Shown: piece by piece, positions 18,787 to 27,667 of the stretch
Numbering within the stretch: the first letter of the stretch is position 1
How the letters are laid out: every line of letters begins with the position of its first letter
Assembly: GCA_963732805.1 (NCBI GenBank)
Contig: CAVTAW010000002.1
Coordinates: 538,463 to 602,462, forward strand
Reading direction: 5' to 3'
Source of the DNA: an uncultured Chloroflexia bacterium
Lineage (GTDB): Bacteria > Chloroflexota > Limnocylindria > Limnocylindrales > CSP1-4
DNA length: 64,000 nucleotides
Translations under genes and position numbers: made by a program
The notes under the pieces: generated by a model
The model's database searches: none
What the model was told of the DNA's origin: nothing
Seen by the model: only the letters and a program-made list of their open reading frames with translations

Positions 18787-20075
18787 CCAACCCCGGCGGC
18801 TTCCAGCCGCTGCGCATCCTGCACGCGCCCAGGAACATTGCCGGACAACCCGGCGATACGGCTGCCGCCCTGCGGCGGATGGGACATCACGTCGAGCTAT
18901 GGATCGAGACGCCGGACAGGTTCGGGCGCCCCGCGGACCGGGTGCTCGGCTACGACGCGTACGAACCCGCCCTGGTCTTCCGGGCGATCCGGGACGCCAT
19001 CGACGGCTTCGACATCCTGCACTTCCATTTTGCCCGCAGCCTCGTGCCGACCCTTGGCAGCCAGCTGCCGCCGTTGTGGGACCTGCCGCTCTACCGGGCC
19101 CTCGGGCTCCGCGTGTACTTCACGTTCCATGGCTCGGACATCCGGCTGGACCGGCTCCACCGCGAGGTCAACCCGCTGGGCCACCTGTTCCAGACGAAGC
19201 CCGCCGAGGACGATCGCATCGAGAAGTCGGTGCAGATCATCCGGACCTACGCCGACCGGATGTTCGTCGCCTCGATCAACAACCTGGCCTACGTCCCTGA
19301 CGCGGAGTACCTGCCGCGCGTGATCGACCTGTCGCTGTGGCCAGAGGCGCCCGTCGCCCAGCGCGAGCGACCCGTGGTCGTCCATGCGCCAACCCGGCGC
19401 GCCACCAAGGGAACCGACATCCTGCTCGCCGCGCTCGACGAGTTGGCGGCCGAGGGCGTCGAGTTCGACCTCCGGCTGCTCGAGGGCGTGCAGCACGACG
19501 AGGTGCGGCGCGCGATGCTCGAGGCCGACATCCTGCTGGACAACGTGATCGCCGGGTCCTACGGCATCGTGTCGCTGGAGGCGATGGCCTCCAGCCGCGT
19601 GGCCGTCGCGAACCTGTCCGAGGCGCTCCGCGCCGCGCACCCCGACTGCCCCGTCGTCCACGTGGATCCCACGACGGTGCGCGAGCGCATCCGCGCCCTC
19701 ATCCTGGATCTTCCGGAGCGCACGCGGCTCGCGGCGCTCGGGCGACCGTTCGTCACGCGCGTGCACGACGCGGACGGGATCGCCCGCCAGCTGGACCAGG
19801 TCTATCGCGGGCCGCGGAGCGAGGTGCCCGTGAGCTCCATGCCCGACTGGGCTTCGGCCGAGCGCGTGCGCCGGATCGAGCAGCTCGATGCAAGGATCGC
19901 GAGGCTCGAGCTGGACCTGGCCCGCAGCCACCGGCGTGAGTCCGAGCTCCGGATCCGCCTGGGCCTCGATCCGGCGATTCCAGAGCACCAATCCTCGGGG
20001 GTCAGGCGCGTGGTCAGGCGGGTTGTCCCCAGGGGAATCCGCAGGAGGCTGCGCGCCGGCCCACCCGGCGACTGA
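18783..20075 (+). CDS. Glycosyltransferase family 1-like (GT-B) with a C-terminal coiled-coil tail
   Basis: ..VVVHAPTRRATKGTD..GSYGIVSLEAMASSRVAVAN.. ATGA overlap with the PAP2 gene. Confidence 0.65.
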   Translation: MTNPGGFQPLRILHAPRNIAGQPGDTAAALRRMGHHVELWIETPDRFGRPADRVLGYDAYEPALVFRAIRDAIDGFDILHFHFARSLVPTLGSQLPPLWDLPLYRALGLRVYFTFHGSDIRLDRLHREVNPLGHLFQTKPAEDDRIEKSVQIIRTYADRMFVASINNLAYVPDAEYLPRVIDLSLWPEAPVAQRERPVVVHAPTRRATKGTDILLAALDELAAEGVEFDLRLLEGVQHDEVRRAMLEADILLDNVIAGSYGIVSLEAMASSRVAVANLSEALRAAHPDCPVVHVDPTTVRERIRALILDLPERTRLAALGRPFVTRVHDADGIARQLDQVYRGPRSEVPVSSMPDWASAERVRRIEQLDARIARLELDLARSHRRESELRIRLGLDPAIPEHQSSGVRRVVRRVVPRGIRRRLRAGPPGD

Positions 20076-20175
20076 GCGGGCTCGCGGTCAGTCCGGGCCT
20101 GCCACGGGAGCCGCGCATCGGCGATGATGGTGGCGCGCTGGAGACCCACCCAGATGCCCGACGAAGGAACCCACG

Positions 20176-20505
20176 ATGATCGATCCCGAGATCCAGGCGG
20201 AGCAGGACGGACGCAACTTCTACCCCGTTGCCTTCCTCCAGAACCTCATCGACAATGGTGAGGGCTGGCAGTCGGAGGGTGCCCTGAGCATGGCGATCGT
20301 GAAGGCGCTCGAGGACGGCACGTGTGTCCTGGGACCGGTTGCCCACCGCGACTACAACGGCCATGTCGTGCCGGCGAGGGCCGACGTTGCGCCGGGCGCC
20401 AAGGGCAGCCTCGAGTACGCGAACCGCCTGCGCGCGGAGCGGGGAGACCCGCTCCTGGTCGAGGGCGAGAACGGCACCGTCGCAGTCGACAGTCAACCCG
20501 GCTGA
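20176..20505 (+). CDS. Hypothetical protein (109 aa)
   Basis: Protein-like composition. GAAGGA precedes the ATG. No family recognised. Confidence 0.45.
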   Translation: MIDPEIQAEQDGRNFYPVAFLQNLIDNGEGWQSEGALSMAIVKALEDGTCVLGPVAHRDYNGHVVPARADVAPGAKGSLEYANRLRAERGDPLLVEGENGTVAVDSQPG

Positions 20506-20531
20506 CCGCCTGGGCGTGGGGGCGGCCGTCC

Positions 20532-20790
20532 ATGACCGAGGTGATCCGGACCGAAGGGCTGACCAAGTCCTACGGGCGTCGGCGGGGCCTCGCAGGCCTC
20601 GATCAACCTTGGCCCCACGGTCCAAGGCCTGGCCTGGCTGCGAGACATCTCGCCGTTCCACGACTACTCGGGTGGCCTGCCGCTCCACAACGGGCTGCAG
20701 CTCGCCGACCTGGCCGTCCTGCTCGGCGCCAGCCTCGCGCTGGTGGCGGCGGGCGGCCTGCGGTTCAACCGGCGCGACGTCGCCGTGTAG
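20532..20790 (+). pseudogene. Deletion scar: N-terminus of an ABC ATPase joined out of frame to the C-terminus of an ABC-2 permease
   Basis: MTEVIRTEGLTKSYGRRRGLAGLD (ATPase N-terminus) runs into, in another frame, ..LAWLRDISPFHDYSGGLPLHNGLQLADLAVLLGASLALVAAGGLRFNRRDVAV* (permease C-terminus). Confidence 0.7.
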
Positions 20791-20859
20791 GCGCCGGCTG
20801 TCCGGGAGGCCGGCGTCGCAGCGGCGTCCCGCGGAGCCTTGTCGGCCCCCGGATCAACC

Positions 20860-21627
20860 TCAGTGAGCGCCCGCGCCAACGAGCTCCAGCTCAGGCAGGA
20901 CGGCGCGCTCGGCCGGCGGTGTCGCCACGCCTCCCGGCTCGCGGATCTTGCCGTCGCGCATCCGGATGACGCGGTGGCAGGCCGCTGCGACCTCGGGATC
21001 GTGGGTCACCAGGATGAACGTCTGGCCATGCTGCTGGTTGAACCGGTTGAGCATCTCGAGCACTTCTGTCGAGCGCTCCGAGTCGAGGTTGCCGGTCGGT
21101 TCGTCTGCGAGCACGAGCTGGGGTCGATTGACCAGCGCTCGGGCCAGCGCGACACGCTGCTGCTCGCCGCCGGACAGCTCGGCGGGCCGGTGACGGGCAC
21201 GGTCGGCCAGGCCCACGAGGTCGAGTGCACCCATGGCGGCCTTGCGCGCCTCACCGCCCCTGACGCCGGCATAGTCGCTGGCGAGCACGATGTTCTCGAG
21301 CGCGGTCAGGGTCGGCACGAGGTTGAAGTCCTGGAACACGAAACCCATCTGGCGGGCCCGGATCCGGGTGCGTTCGCCCTCGCCGAGCTCGATCATGTCC
21401 CGCCCGCCGAACCGGAGCGTCGGTCGGGGCTCGGTCGCCAGGTCGGGTGCGTGCAGCAGCCCGAGGATGTGCATGAGGGTGCTCTTGCCCGAGCCCGACG
21501 GCCCGATGATCGCGACCACTTCACCGGCCTCGATCTCGACGTCGACGCCCCGCAGGGCCTCGACCAGGTTGTGCCGGCCGAGCCGGTAGGTCTTGCGCAG
21601 GTTGCTGCCTTCGAGGAGTGCCATCAC
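20860..21627 (-). CDS. ABC transporter ATP-binding protein (MacB/LolD/FtsE type)
   Basis: Walker A GPSGSGKST, signature LSGGEQQRVALARAL, Walker B LVLADEPTGNLD. Confidence 0.9.
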   Translation of the reverse strand: MMALLEGSNLRKTYRLGRHNLVEALRGVDVEIEAGEVVAIIGPSGSGKSTLMHILGLLHAPDLATEPRPTLRFGGRDMIELGEGERTRIRARQMGFVFQDFNLVPTLTALENIVLASDYAGVRGGEARKAAMGALDLVGLADRARHRPAELSGGEQQRVALARALVNRPQLVLADEPTGNLDSERSTEVLEMLNRFNQQHGQTFILVTHDPEVAAACHRVIRMRDGKIREPGGVATPPAERAVLPELELVGAGAH

Positions 21628-21655
21628 TCGTTCCCCACGTCTCGTCGCGATCCGG

Positions 21656-22831
21656 TCATTCGTAGCGCAGCGCGGTCACGGGATCGAGCCGGGCCGCATG
21701 CACTGCGGGCACCAGGCCGGCGACGGCGCCCAGGATGGTCGCGAACAGCACGGCGGTGACCGCCGTGCCCACGGTGAGCTCGAACAGGACCGTTCCCGAC
21801 GAGCGTCCGGACTCGTTGGCGACCAGCACCACCACCGTCCCCAGGATCAGGCCAAGCGCACCGCCGATGAACCCGATCAGGCCGGCCTCGGTCACGAGCT
21901 CGCGCACGATGCGGATCCGGCTTCCGCCGATCGCGCGCTTGATGCCGATCTCCCGCGTCCGCTCCGCGATCGACATCGCCATCGTGTTGACCACGGACAG
22001 GCCGCCCACGGCGAGGCTGATCAGGGCGATGCCCACCAAGATCGAGTTGAGGATCGAGGTGGATGAGCCGATCTGCTGGTCGAAGTCCTTGCCCGTCATG
22101 ACGGCGACCCCGGAGACCTGGGTCTCGATCCGGTCGGCAAGCACCTCGTGGTCGACACCCGGAGTCGGGTACACCGTCATCGTGGTGATCAGGTCGGTCG
22201 GGTTGATCCCGTTCCTGACCACCGGGGGCAGCGACTGGTGATACAGCAGCTGCGCGGCCTGGAGCGGCACCGAGGCCGCCTGGTCAGGGGCCGTGAGGGT
22301 CGGTTCGAGGATTCCGACCACCTCGAACTTCCAGCCCCGCAGCTCGATCGTGTCGCCCACCTGCTTGTCGTACTTGCGCGCGATGTCCGAGCCGAGCACC
22401 GCCACCATCTTGCCCTCGTCCGCGGGCGTGAGCGGGCGACCCTGCGCGTAGTGGACCGGGAACTTCTCGCGGCCCTCGTCCGAGCCGGCGACGGCTCCGG
22501 TGATCATGGGTGGAACGCCCATGTTGACCGTCGACGGCTGCTCGTCCATGAGCATCATCACCGCCGGCCGGACGACATCCACGCCCTCGACCGCACGGAC
22601 CTGGTCCGCGGTGGCGAGCGACATCGGGGTGCTCGCGAAGCCGCCCGTCGAACCCGAGCTGTCGCTGACGGTCAGGACGTCGGCGTAGTAGTTGCTGCCG
22701 CCCTCCACGAGGGCACTGATCTTGTTGGCCATCGAACCGAACACGACGAGCGCCCAGATCCCGATGGCGATGCCGAGAATCGTGAGCGTGGTTCGGACCG
22801 GCCTCCGCCGGAGATCACGCAGATACCCCAT
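21656..22831 (-). CDS. ABC transporter permease, FtsX/MacB-like
   Basis: ORF 21656..23176. ATG at 22831 (MGYLRDLRRRPVRT..) follows GGAGGAG. N-terminal TM, periplasmic domain, C-terminal FtsX 3-TM bundle. Confidence 0.8.
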   Translation of the reverse strand: MGYLRDLRRRPVRTTLTILGIAIGIWALVVFGSMANKISALVEGGSNYYADVLTVSDSSGSTGGFASTPMSLATADQVRAVEGVDVVRPAVMMLMDEQPSTVNMGVPPMITGAVAGSDEGREKFPVHYAQGRPLTPADEGKMVAVLGSDIARKYDKQVGDTIELRGWKFEVVGILEPTLTAPDQAASVPLQAAQLLYHQSLPPVVRNGINPTDLITTMTVYPTPGVDHEVLADRIETQVSGVAVMTGKDFDQQIGSSTSILNSILVGIALISLAVGGLSVVNTMAMSIAERTREIGIKRAIGGSRIRIVRELVTEAGLIGFIGGALGLILGTVVVLVANESGRSSGTVLFELTVGTAVTAVLFATILGAVAGLVPAVHAARLDPVTALRYE

Positions 22832-23042
22832 GGCCCAAGCCCCGCCTTCTCCTCCACGCGTCGAATTCTGCGTGGTCTGTGGGTCCCGCCCGTCGGCCAC
22901 CGGCCCTGCCTGGACCGCGTGATCCGACGGGTGGGACCGTAGGCGTGCGGTGTGCTGGAGTGGAGGGCCATGCCGCCCATCGAACCATGCCGAGCGTCCC
23001 GGCGTGCCGCGTCGGGCGGCGCGCCGGGGCCCGGGCCGATGG

Positions 23043-24506
23043 TCAGCGGCGCACGGCCGGATCGTCGATCGGAACGGGGACCGCTTCCAGCGCCAGGATG
23101 GCCGGTCGCGGGAGCGAGATCGCATCCCGGACGGCCGCGACGGTCCGACCGGGGATCGCGACCGCCGCGAGCGCACCCAGCGCCACCGCGACCGCCCCCA
23201 CCCAGACCGCGGGGATCAGCCCGTCGACATAGGCCTGGGGGCTCGTGTACGAGCCGTTGGCAGAGAACACGGATGCGAGCACCGCGACGCCGAACACGCC
23301 GCCGATCTCCCGGATCGTGTTGTTCGCGCCCGAGGCCTTGCCTTCCTCCTCGGGCCGGACGGCCGACAGGACGACGTTGGCTATCGGGGCGAAGAACAGG
23401 CCCATGCCAATGCCGCTCACGATGAATGGCGGGACCAGCGTCGGGTACGCCACCGTCGGCGTGCTGACCGAGGCAATCCAGGCGAGGCCCAGCGCCATCA
23501 GGGCCATGCCGGATGCCAGGATCGGGCGGGATCCGATCCGGCCGGCCAGGCCACCCGCGATGGGGGCGACGACCGCGGGCATCGCGGTCCACGGCAGGAT
23601 CCGCAGGCCGGCGTCAAAGGGGTCGAGCCCCTGGACCACCTGGAAGAACTGGGACAGCAGGAAGATGGAACCGAACATCCCGAACGACATCAGGAGCGAG
23701 ACGCTGTTGGCCGCGGCAAACGCGCGGCTGCGGAACATGTGAAGCGGCAGCATGGGCGTCGCGGCGTGCCGTTCCCATGCCAGGAAGGCGACCAGGAGCG
23801 CGCCACCGACGGCCAGGGCGCCGAGGATCTGGAGATCGGTCCAGCCCCGCTCATTGCCATGGATCAGGCCCCACACCAGGGCGACCAGCCCACCGCTGGC
23901 GAGCCCCAGGCCGGGCAGGTCCAGGCCACCGGCCGGTGCACGGCTCTCGTCGAGCCGGAACAGTGCGAGCGCGATGGCCACGATGCCCACCGGCACGTTC
24001 AGCCAGAAGATCCAATGCCAGCTGAGACCCTGGGCGATGGCTCCGCCCACGAGCGGGCCGATGGCGATCGCGAGACCGCCCACGCCACCCCATGCTCCCA
24101 GCGCGAGTGCCCGGCGCTCGGACGGAACGGACGCCGACAGGATCGTGAGCGTCAGCGGTGTCACGATGGCGCCGCCGACCCCCTGGACGGCCCGCGCCAG
24201 GACGAGCGCTCCGCTGGTCGGCGCGAGCGCCGCGGCCATGGACCCGGCCGTGAACACGAGGAGGCCGATGACGAACAGGCGGCGGCGGCCGAACCGGTCG
24301 CCCAGGGCGGCGCCTGTCAGGAGCAGGACCGCGAAGGTCAGCGTGTAGGCGTTGACCATCCACTCGAGATCCTGGAGCGACGCCCCGAGATCGCGGCGGA
24401 TGACGGGCAGGGCCGTGGTGACGACGAGGTTGTCGAGGGAGACCATGAACAGCGCGATCGCGGTGATCGCGAAGGTCCATGCGGTCGAGGTGCGGGCGTG
24501 CGGCAC
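23043..24506 (-). CDS. MFS transporter, DHA2 (EmrB/QacA, 14-TM) drug-efflux type
   Basis: ..LFMVSLDNLVVTTALPVI..LGDRFGRRRLF.. GTG start after AAAGGAG. Confidence 0.85.
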   Translation of the reverse strand: MPHARTSTAWTFAITAIALFMVSLDNLVVTTALPVIRRDLGASLQDLEWMVNAYTLTFAVLLLTGAALGDRFGRRRLFVIGLLVFTAGSMAAALAPTSGALVLARAVQGVGGAIVTPLTLTILSASVPSERRALALGAWGGVGGLAIAIGPLVGGAIAQGLSWHWIFWLNVPVGIVAIALALFRLDESRAPAGGLDLPGLGLASGGLVALVWGLIHGNERGWTDLQILGALAVGGALLVAFLAWERHAATPMLPLHMFRSRAFAAANSVSLLMSFGMFGSIFLLSQFFQVVQGLDPFDAGLRILPWTAMPAVVAPIAGGLAGRIGSRPILASGMALMALGLAWIASVSTPTVAYPTLVPPFIVSGIGMGLFFAPIANVVLSAVRPEEEGKASGANNTIREIGGVFGVAVLASVFSANGSYTSPQAYVDGLIPAVWVGAVAVALGALAAVAIPGRTVAAVRDAISLPRPAILALEAVPVPIDDPAVRR

Positions 24507-24524
24507 GGGGAGGCTCCTTTCTAG

Positions 24525-24538
24525 TTAGCACTCACTAA
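24525..24538. promoter_or_regulatory. Candidate TetR operator 1 (upstream of the MFS gene)
   Basis: TTAGCACTCACTAA, which is the reverse complement of TTAGTGAGTGCTAA. It matches 13 of 14 positions of the site at 25149-25162. TTAGT-N4-ACTAA dyad. Confidence 0.6.
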
Positions 24539-24569
24539 GTTATTGAGCCAAAAAAGGGGAGCAGCTGGA

Positions 24570-25139
24570 TCATCCAGCGTGGTCCGCAAGGGCATCTCCG
24601 AGCGTGAGCTTGAGGCCGATGGCCGTGTCCAGGTCGCCGATGGAGGCCGCCACGTTGAGCAGCATCCCCTCGGCGAACCAGTGGTGAAGCGAGAGCTCAT
24701 CGGCGCCGGACGCCCTGGCCACCGCTTCGTACAGCCGCGTCCATTCCACCCGCACCACGTCGCGGATCAGGAGGTCGTCGCACGCGGCGTACGCCTGCAG
24801 CTGCATCCGGAGCATCTCGCGGTCCCGGAGCAGGTCGAAGTAGGTGTGGCCCATCGCCTCCAGGATCCGGTCCGGTGACGCGGTGTTCGACCGGGCCTCG
24901 CGGGCGCTCTCCTCGAACCTCGTCCGGATCCGGGCAAAGCAGCCGCGCACCGCCGCGAGGAACAGGTCCCGCTTGGTACCGAACAGTTGGAACAGGTACG
25001 GCTGGGACACGCCCACCCGGTCGGCGATCGCCTGGGTCGATGCGCCGGCGAACCCGCGTGCGGCGAACTCGGTCGTCGCCGCCGCGATGACCTCTGCCCG
25101 TCGCTCGTCGGCCGTGAGCCGGCCTGTCGTGGTGCGCAT
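24570..25139 (-). CDS. TetR-family transcriptional regulator
   Basis: HTH ..FAGASTQAIADRVGVSQPYLFQLFGTKRDLF.. Confidence 0.9.
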   Translation of the reverse strand: MRTTTGRLTADERRAEVIAAATTEFAARGFAGASTQAIADRVGVSQPYLFQLFGTKRDLFLAAVRGCFARIRTRFEESAREARSNTASPDRILEAMGHTYFDLLRDREMLRMQLQAYAACDDLLIRDVVRVEWTRLYEAVARASGADELSLHHWFAEGMLLNVAASIGDLDTAIGLKLTLGDALADHAG

Positions 25140-25148
25140 GCGGCGATG

Positions 25149-25162
25149 TTAGTGAGTACTAA
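25149..25162. promoter_or_regulatory. Candidate TetR operator 2 (autoregulatory, 10 nt upstream of the tetR start)
   Basis: TTAGTGAGTACTAA. There is no SD between it and the ATG, so a leaderless or short-leader transcript is possible. Confidence 0.6.
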
Positions 25163-25252
25163 GTTAGTTGTCAACCCCCGACGTCAGGCCGCGGGTGCAG
25201 CGAGCGCGTGGAAGTCCTTCGCGTGGAAGTCCGTGTGGCCGGGGCGTCCGGC

Positions 25253-25555
25253 TCAGCTCGAAGCGGCGGCCGGCGTCGTCGTTCGCTTGCGGCGTCGCAC
25301 CAGCAGGACGGCCTTGCCTTCCTCGGTCCGGACGTCGATCGTCGCGTCGTCGATCAGGTCGGCGGCACTCGATGCGACGAGCGCGGAGACGCGGCCATCG
25401 TCGACCACTCGGTCACCTGTCTCGGGGCCCTTGGCAAAGGTCAGCCGAAGCCGCCCGGAGCTGCGCACGAACCGCGGGACGAGGTTCGATGCGACCCCCT
25501 TCTCGCGGCGGACGCGGGACAGGTGATCGACGGCCTGGGGCGTGAGTCTGAGCAT
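25253..25555 (-). CDS. Small HesB/IscA-fold-like protein without the conserved cysteines
   Basis: Only the last 100 codons of ORF 25253..26017 look coding. ATG at 25555 (MLRLTPQAVDHL..) follows GGAGGT. Confidence 0.5.
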   Translation of the reverse strand: MLRLTPQAVDHLSRVRREKGVASNLVPRFVRSSGRLRLTFAKGPETGDRVVDDGRVSALVASSAADLIDDATIDVRTEEGKAVLLVRRRKRTTTPAAASS

Positions 25556-25633
25556 TGGGCACCTCCGGTTCGGGCCTGGGTGACGAAGACCGCCTCCGGG
25601 GTGGCAACGGATCACGGACTCGCGGCTGATCAA

Positions 25634-25662
25634 ATAGTAGCCTATAGGCTTGTATTTTGCCA
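25634..25662 (-). promoter_or_regulatory. Sigma-70-type promoter candidate with a 12-bp perfect palindrome in the spacer
   Basis: Minus strand: TGGCAA, 17 nt, TACTAT. The spacer contains AGCCTATAGGCT (25639-25650). Confidence 0.5.
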
Positions 25663-25676
25663 GTCGTGGGCCGGGA

Positions 25677-26732
25677 TCAGGGGAACCGGTTGAACCAGAC
25701 GGCAGCAAGCCCTGCGCCCGAGACCACCAGCAGCAGCGCGGCAGCCGCGAACCACTGGGTGACCTCCTGGGTCTGCTCGGTGTAGCCCACCTTCGACCCC
25801 AGGCTCTGGTAGATCTGGGCCAGGTCAACCGCGCTCGGCGCCTCGTAGAACCGTCCGGACGTCGTCTCGGCGATCGCAGCGAGGGTCTCGGTGTCGGGCG
25901 GCACCGACATCGGCTGCAGCACGCCGAGCTGGTTGGGCACGTCGACGACGCCATCCGCGGTGCCGAGGGCGATCGTGTACACGGGCATCCCCGCGGCGGC
26001 GGCCTCGTGGGCGGCATCGAGCGGCTCCATCGAGCCGGTCGAGTTCGCGCCGTCGGACAGGAGGACCGTGGCGGTCAGGGGCGGCGTGCCGTCCGCGGGC
26101 GACGGGCTCGGGTCGGCCGTGGGGTCGGGGACGATCGTCGCGGCCGGATCAGGGGTCGGCGCGCCGGGGCCGGCATCGGTGGCGGAGGTGCTGCGCGCGG
26201 TGGCCGTCGCCTGCAGCGACAGCGCGATCGCGTCGCCCAGCGCCGTGCCGCCGTCCGCCTGGAGCGAGTCCAGCGCCTGGTGGATCGCGGCCCGATCAGA
26301 TGTCGGGGCAAGCACGAGCCGGGCTTCGGTGGAGAATGCGACCAGACCGACGCGGAAGCCGTCCGGGAGCTGGTCGACGAACGTCGATGCCGCCTCCTTG
26401 GCCGCGACCAACCGGGACGGATCCACGTCGGTTGCCTGCATCGAGCGCGAGACGTCCATCGCCAGCATCACCGTCGCCTCCTGGCGCGGGACGGCAAGCA
26501 CCATGGCGGGCCGGGCGAGGGCGACGGCGAGCGCCGCGATCGCGGCCAGGTACAGGGCCGCCGGCACGTGCCGCCGCCAGCGCGGCTGGTGCGGCACGAG
26601 ATTGGCGAGCAGGTCGACATTCGTGAAGCGCACGACATAGCGCGAGCGGCGGCGCTGGATCAGCAGGTAGGCGCCGAGCGCCAGTGGGACGAGGAGCAGG
26701 CCGAGCAGGAGCTCGGGTGAGGCGAACGTCAT
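25677..26732 (-). CDS. vWA-domain membrane protein (BatA-like)
   Basis: ORF 25677..26975. ATG at 26732 overlaps the DUF58 stop (ATGA). MIDAS DVSRSM..GGTALGDAI. TM segments at both the N- and C-termini. Confidence 0.8.
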   Translation of the reverse strand: MTFASPELLLGLLLVPLALGAYLLIQRRRSRYVVRFTNVDLLANLVPHQPRWRRHVPAALYLAAIAALAVALARPAMVLAVPRQEATVMLAMDVSRSMQATDVDPSRLVAAKEAASTFVDQLPDGFRVGLVAFSTEARLVLAPTSDRAAIHQALDSLQADGGTALGDAIALSLQATATARSTSATDAGPGAPTPDPAATIVPDPTADPSPSPADGTPPLTATVLLSDGANSTGSMEPLDAAHEAAAAGMPVYTIALGTADGVVDVPNQLGVLQPMSVPPDTETLAAIAETTSGRFYEAPSAVDLAQIYQSLGSKVGYTEQTQEVTQWFAAAALLLVVSGAGLAAVWFNRFP

Positions 26733-27667
26733 GAAACCATTCCCTGGACTCGCAGCTGGTCTGCGAGCGATCGCAGCCAGCTCCCTGATGTAGACAGGAC
26801 GACGTGGCGGACGTGCAGCCGACGGAGCTCGCGCTCGACGTGCTCGCGGTCGCGGGCGGCGGCCGCCGCGAAGCGGGATCGGAGCGCCGCCGAGGACGTG
26901 TCCACCCGGACCTCGCGCCCGGTCTCGGCGTCGACGAGCGTGAGATCGCCCACGTCGGGCAGCGCGTCCTCGCACGGGTCACGGATCTCGACCACGAGGA
27001 CGCCGTGTCGTCGCGCGACGGCACCGAGCCGGTGCATCCAGTCCAGCGGCCCCCGGAGATCGCTGACCAGGACCACGAGCCCACCAGGCGCGGCACCATG
27101 CGTGACGAACCGCAGTGCCCAGTCCGGAGACCGGTCCTCGATCGGCACGTCCGTTCGGTCAGGCTCGGCCGCGACGTCGTGGTCCACGAGCGTCGCCATC
27201 AGCCCGGCGCGTCCGGCCCGGGCAGGCGTCCGCCAATTCCGGGCGCCACCGAACGTGAGCACACCCAGACGGTTGCCGCGCTGGCTGGACAGGTGCGCGA
27301 TCGCGATCGCGACCCCCTCGGCGACGTCAGCCTTTCGGCGATCGGCGGTGCCGAACGCCATTGATGGCGAGACATCGAGCAGCAGCCACGAGGTCAGGGC
27401 TCGCTCGGGCACGTCGACGCGAACATGGGGAACGAGCATCCGGGCGGTGACGTTCCAGTCGATGCGCCGGACGTCGTCGCCGGGCTCGTACGGCCGGACC
27501 TGCGCAAGCTCGGTTCCGCCGCCCAGGTCGAGTGCCCTGAACTCGCCCGTGACCAGGCCGCGGATCCGGCGAGCGATCGTCAGGTCCAGCGCCCGGAGCA
27601 GGGCCTCCGGCGTGGGTCCGGGACCGGGCGCGGCGGCCGTGCGGACCCGGTGCGGGATGAGCGTCAT
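26729..27667 (-). CDS. DUF58-family protein (MoxR-associated)
   Basis: ..GDDVRRIDWNVTAR.. motif. ATGA overlap with the moxR stop. Confidence 0.8.
   Translation of the reverse strand: MTLIPHRVRTAAAPGPGPTPEALLRALDLTIARRIRGLVTGEFRALDLGGGTELAQVRPYEPGDDVRRIDWNVTARMLVPHVRVDVPERALTSWLLLDVSPSMAFGTADRRKADVAEGVAIAIAHLSSQRGNRLGVLTFGGARNWRTPARAGRAGLMATLVDHDVAAEPDRTDVPIEDRSPDWALRFVTHGAAPGGLVVLVSDLRGPLDWMHRLGAVARRHGVLVVEIRDPCEDALPDVGDLTLVDAETGREVRVDTSSAALRSRFAAAAARDREHVERELRRLHVRHVVLSTSGSWLRSLADQLRVQGMVS

Noticed and set aside
25253-26017. The 254-aa ORF 25253..26017 as one gene.
   Set aside because: The upstream 150 codons are Pro/Arg/Ser-rich and overlap the vWA gene's 3' end in another frame. Only the last 100 codons, which have their own RBS and ATG at 25555, look coding.
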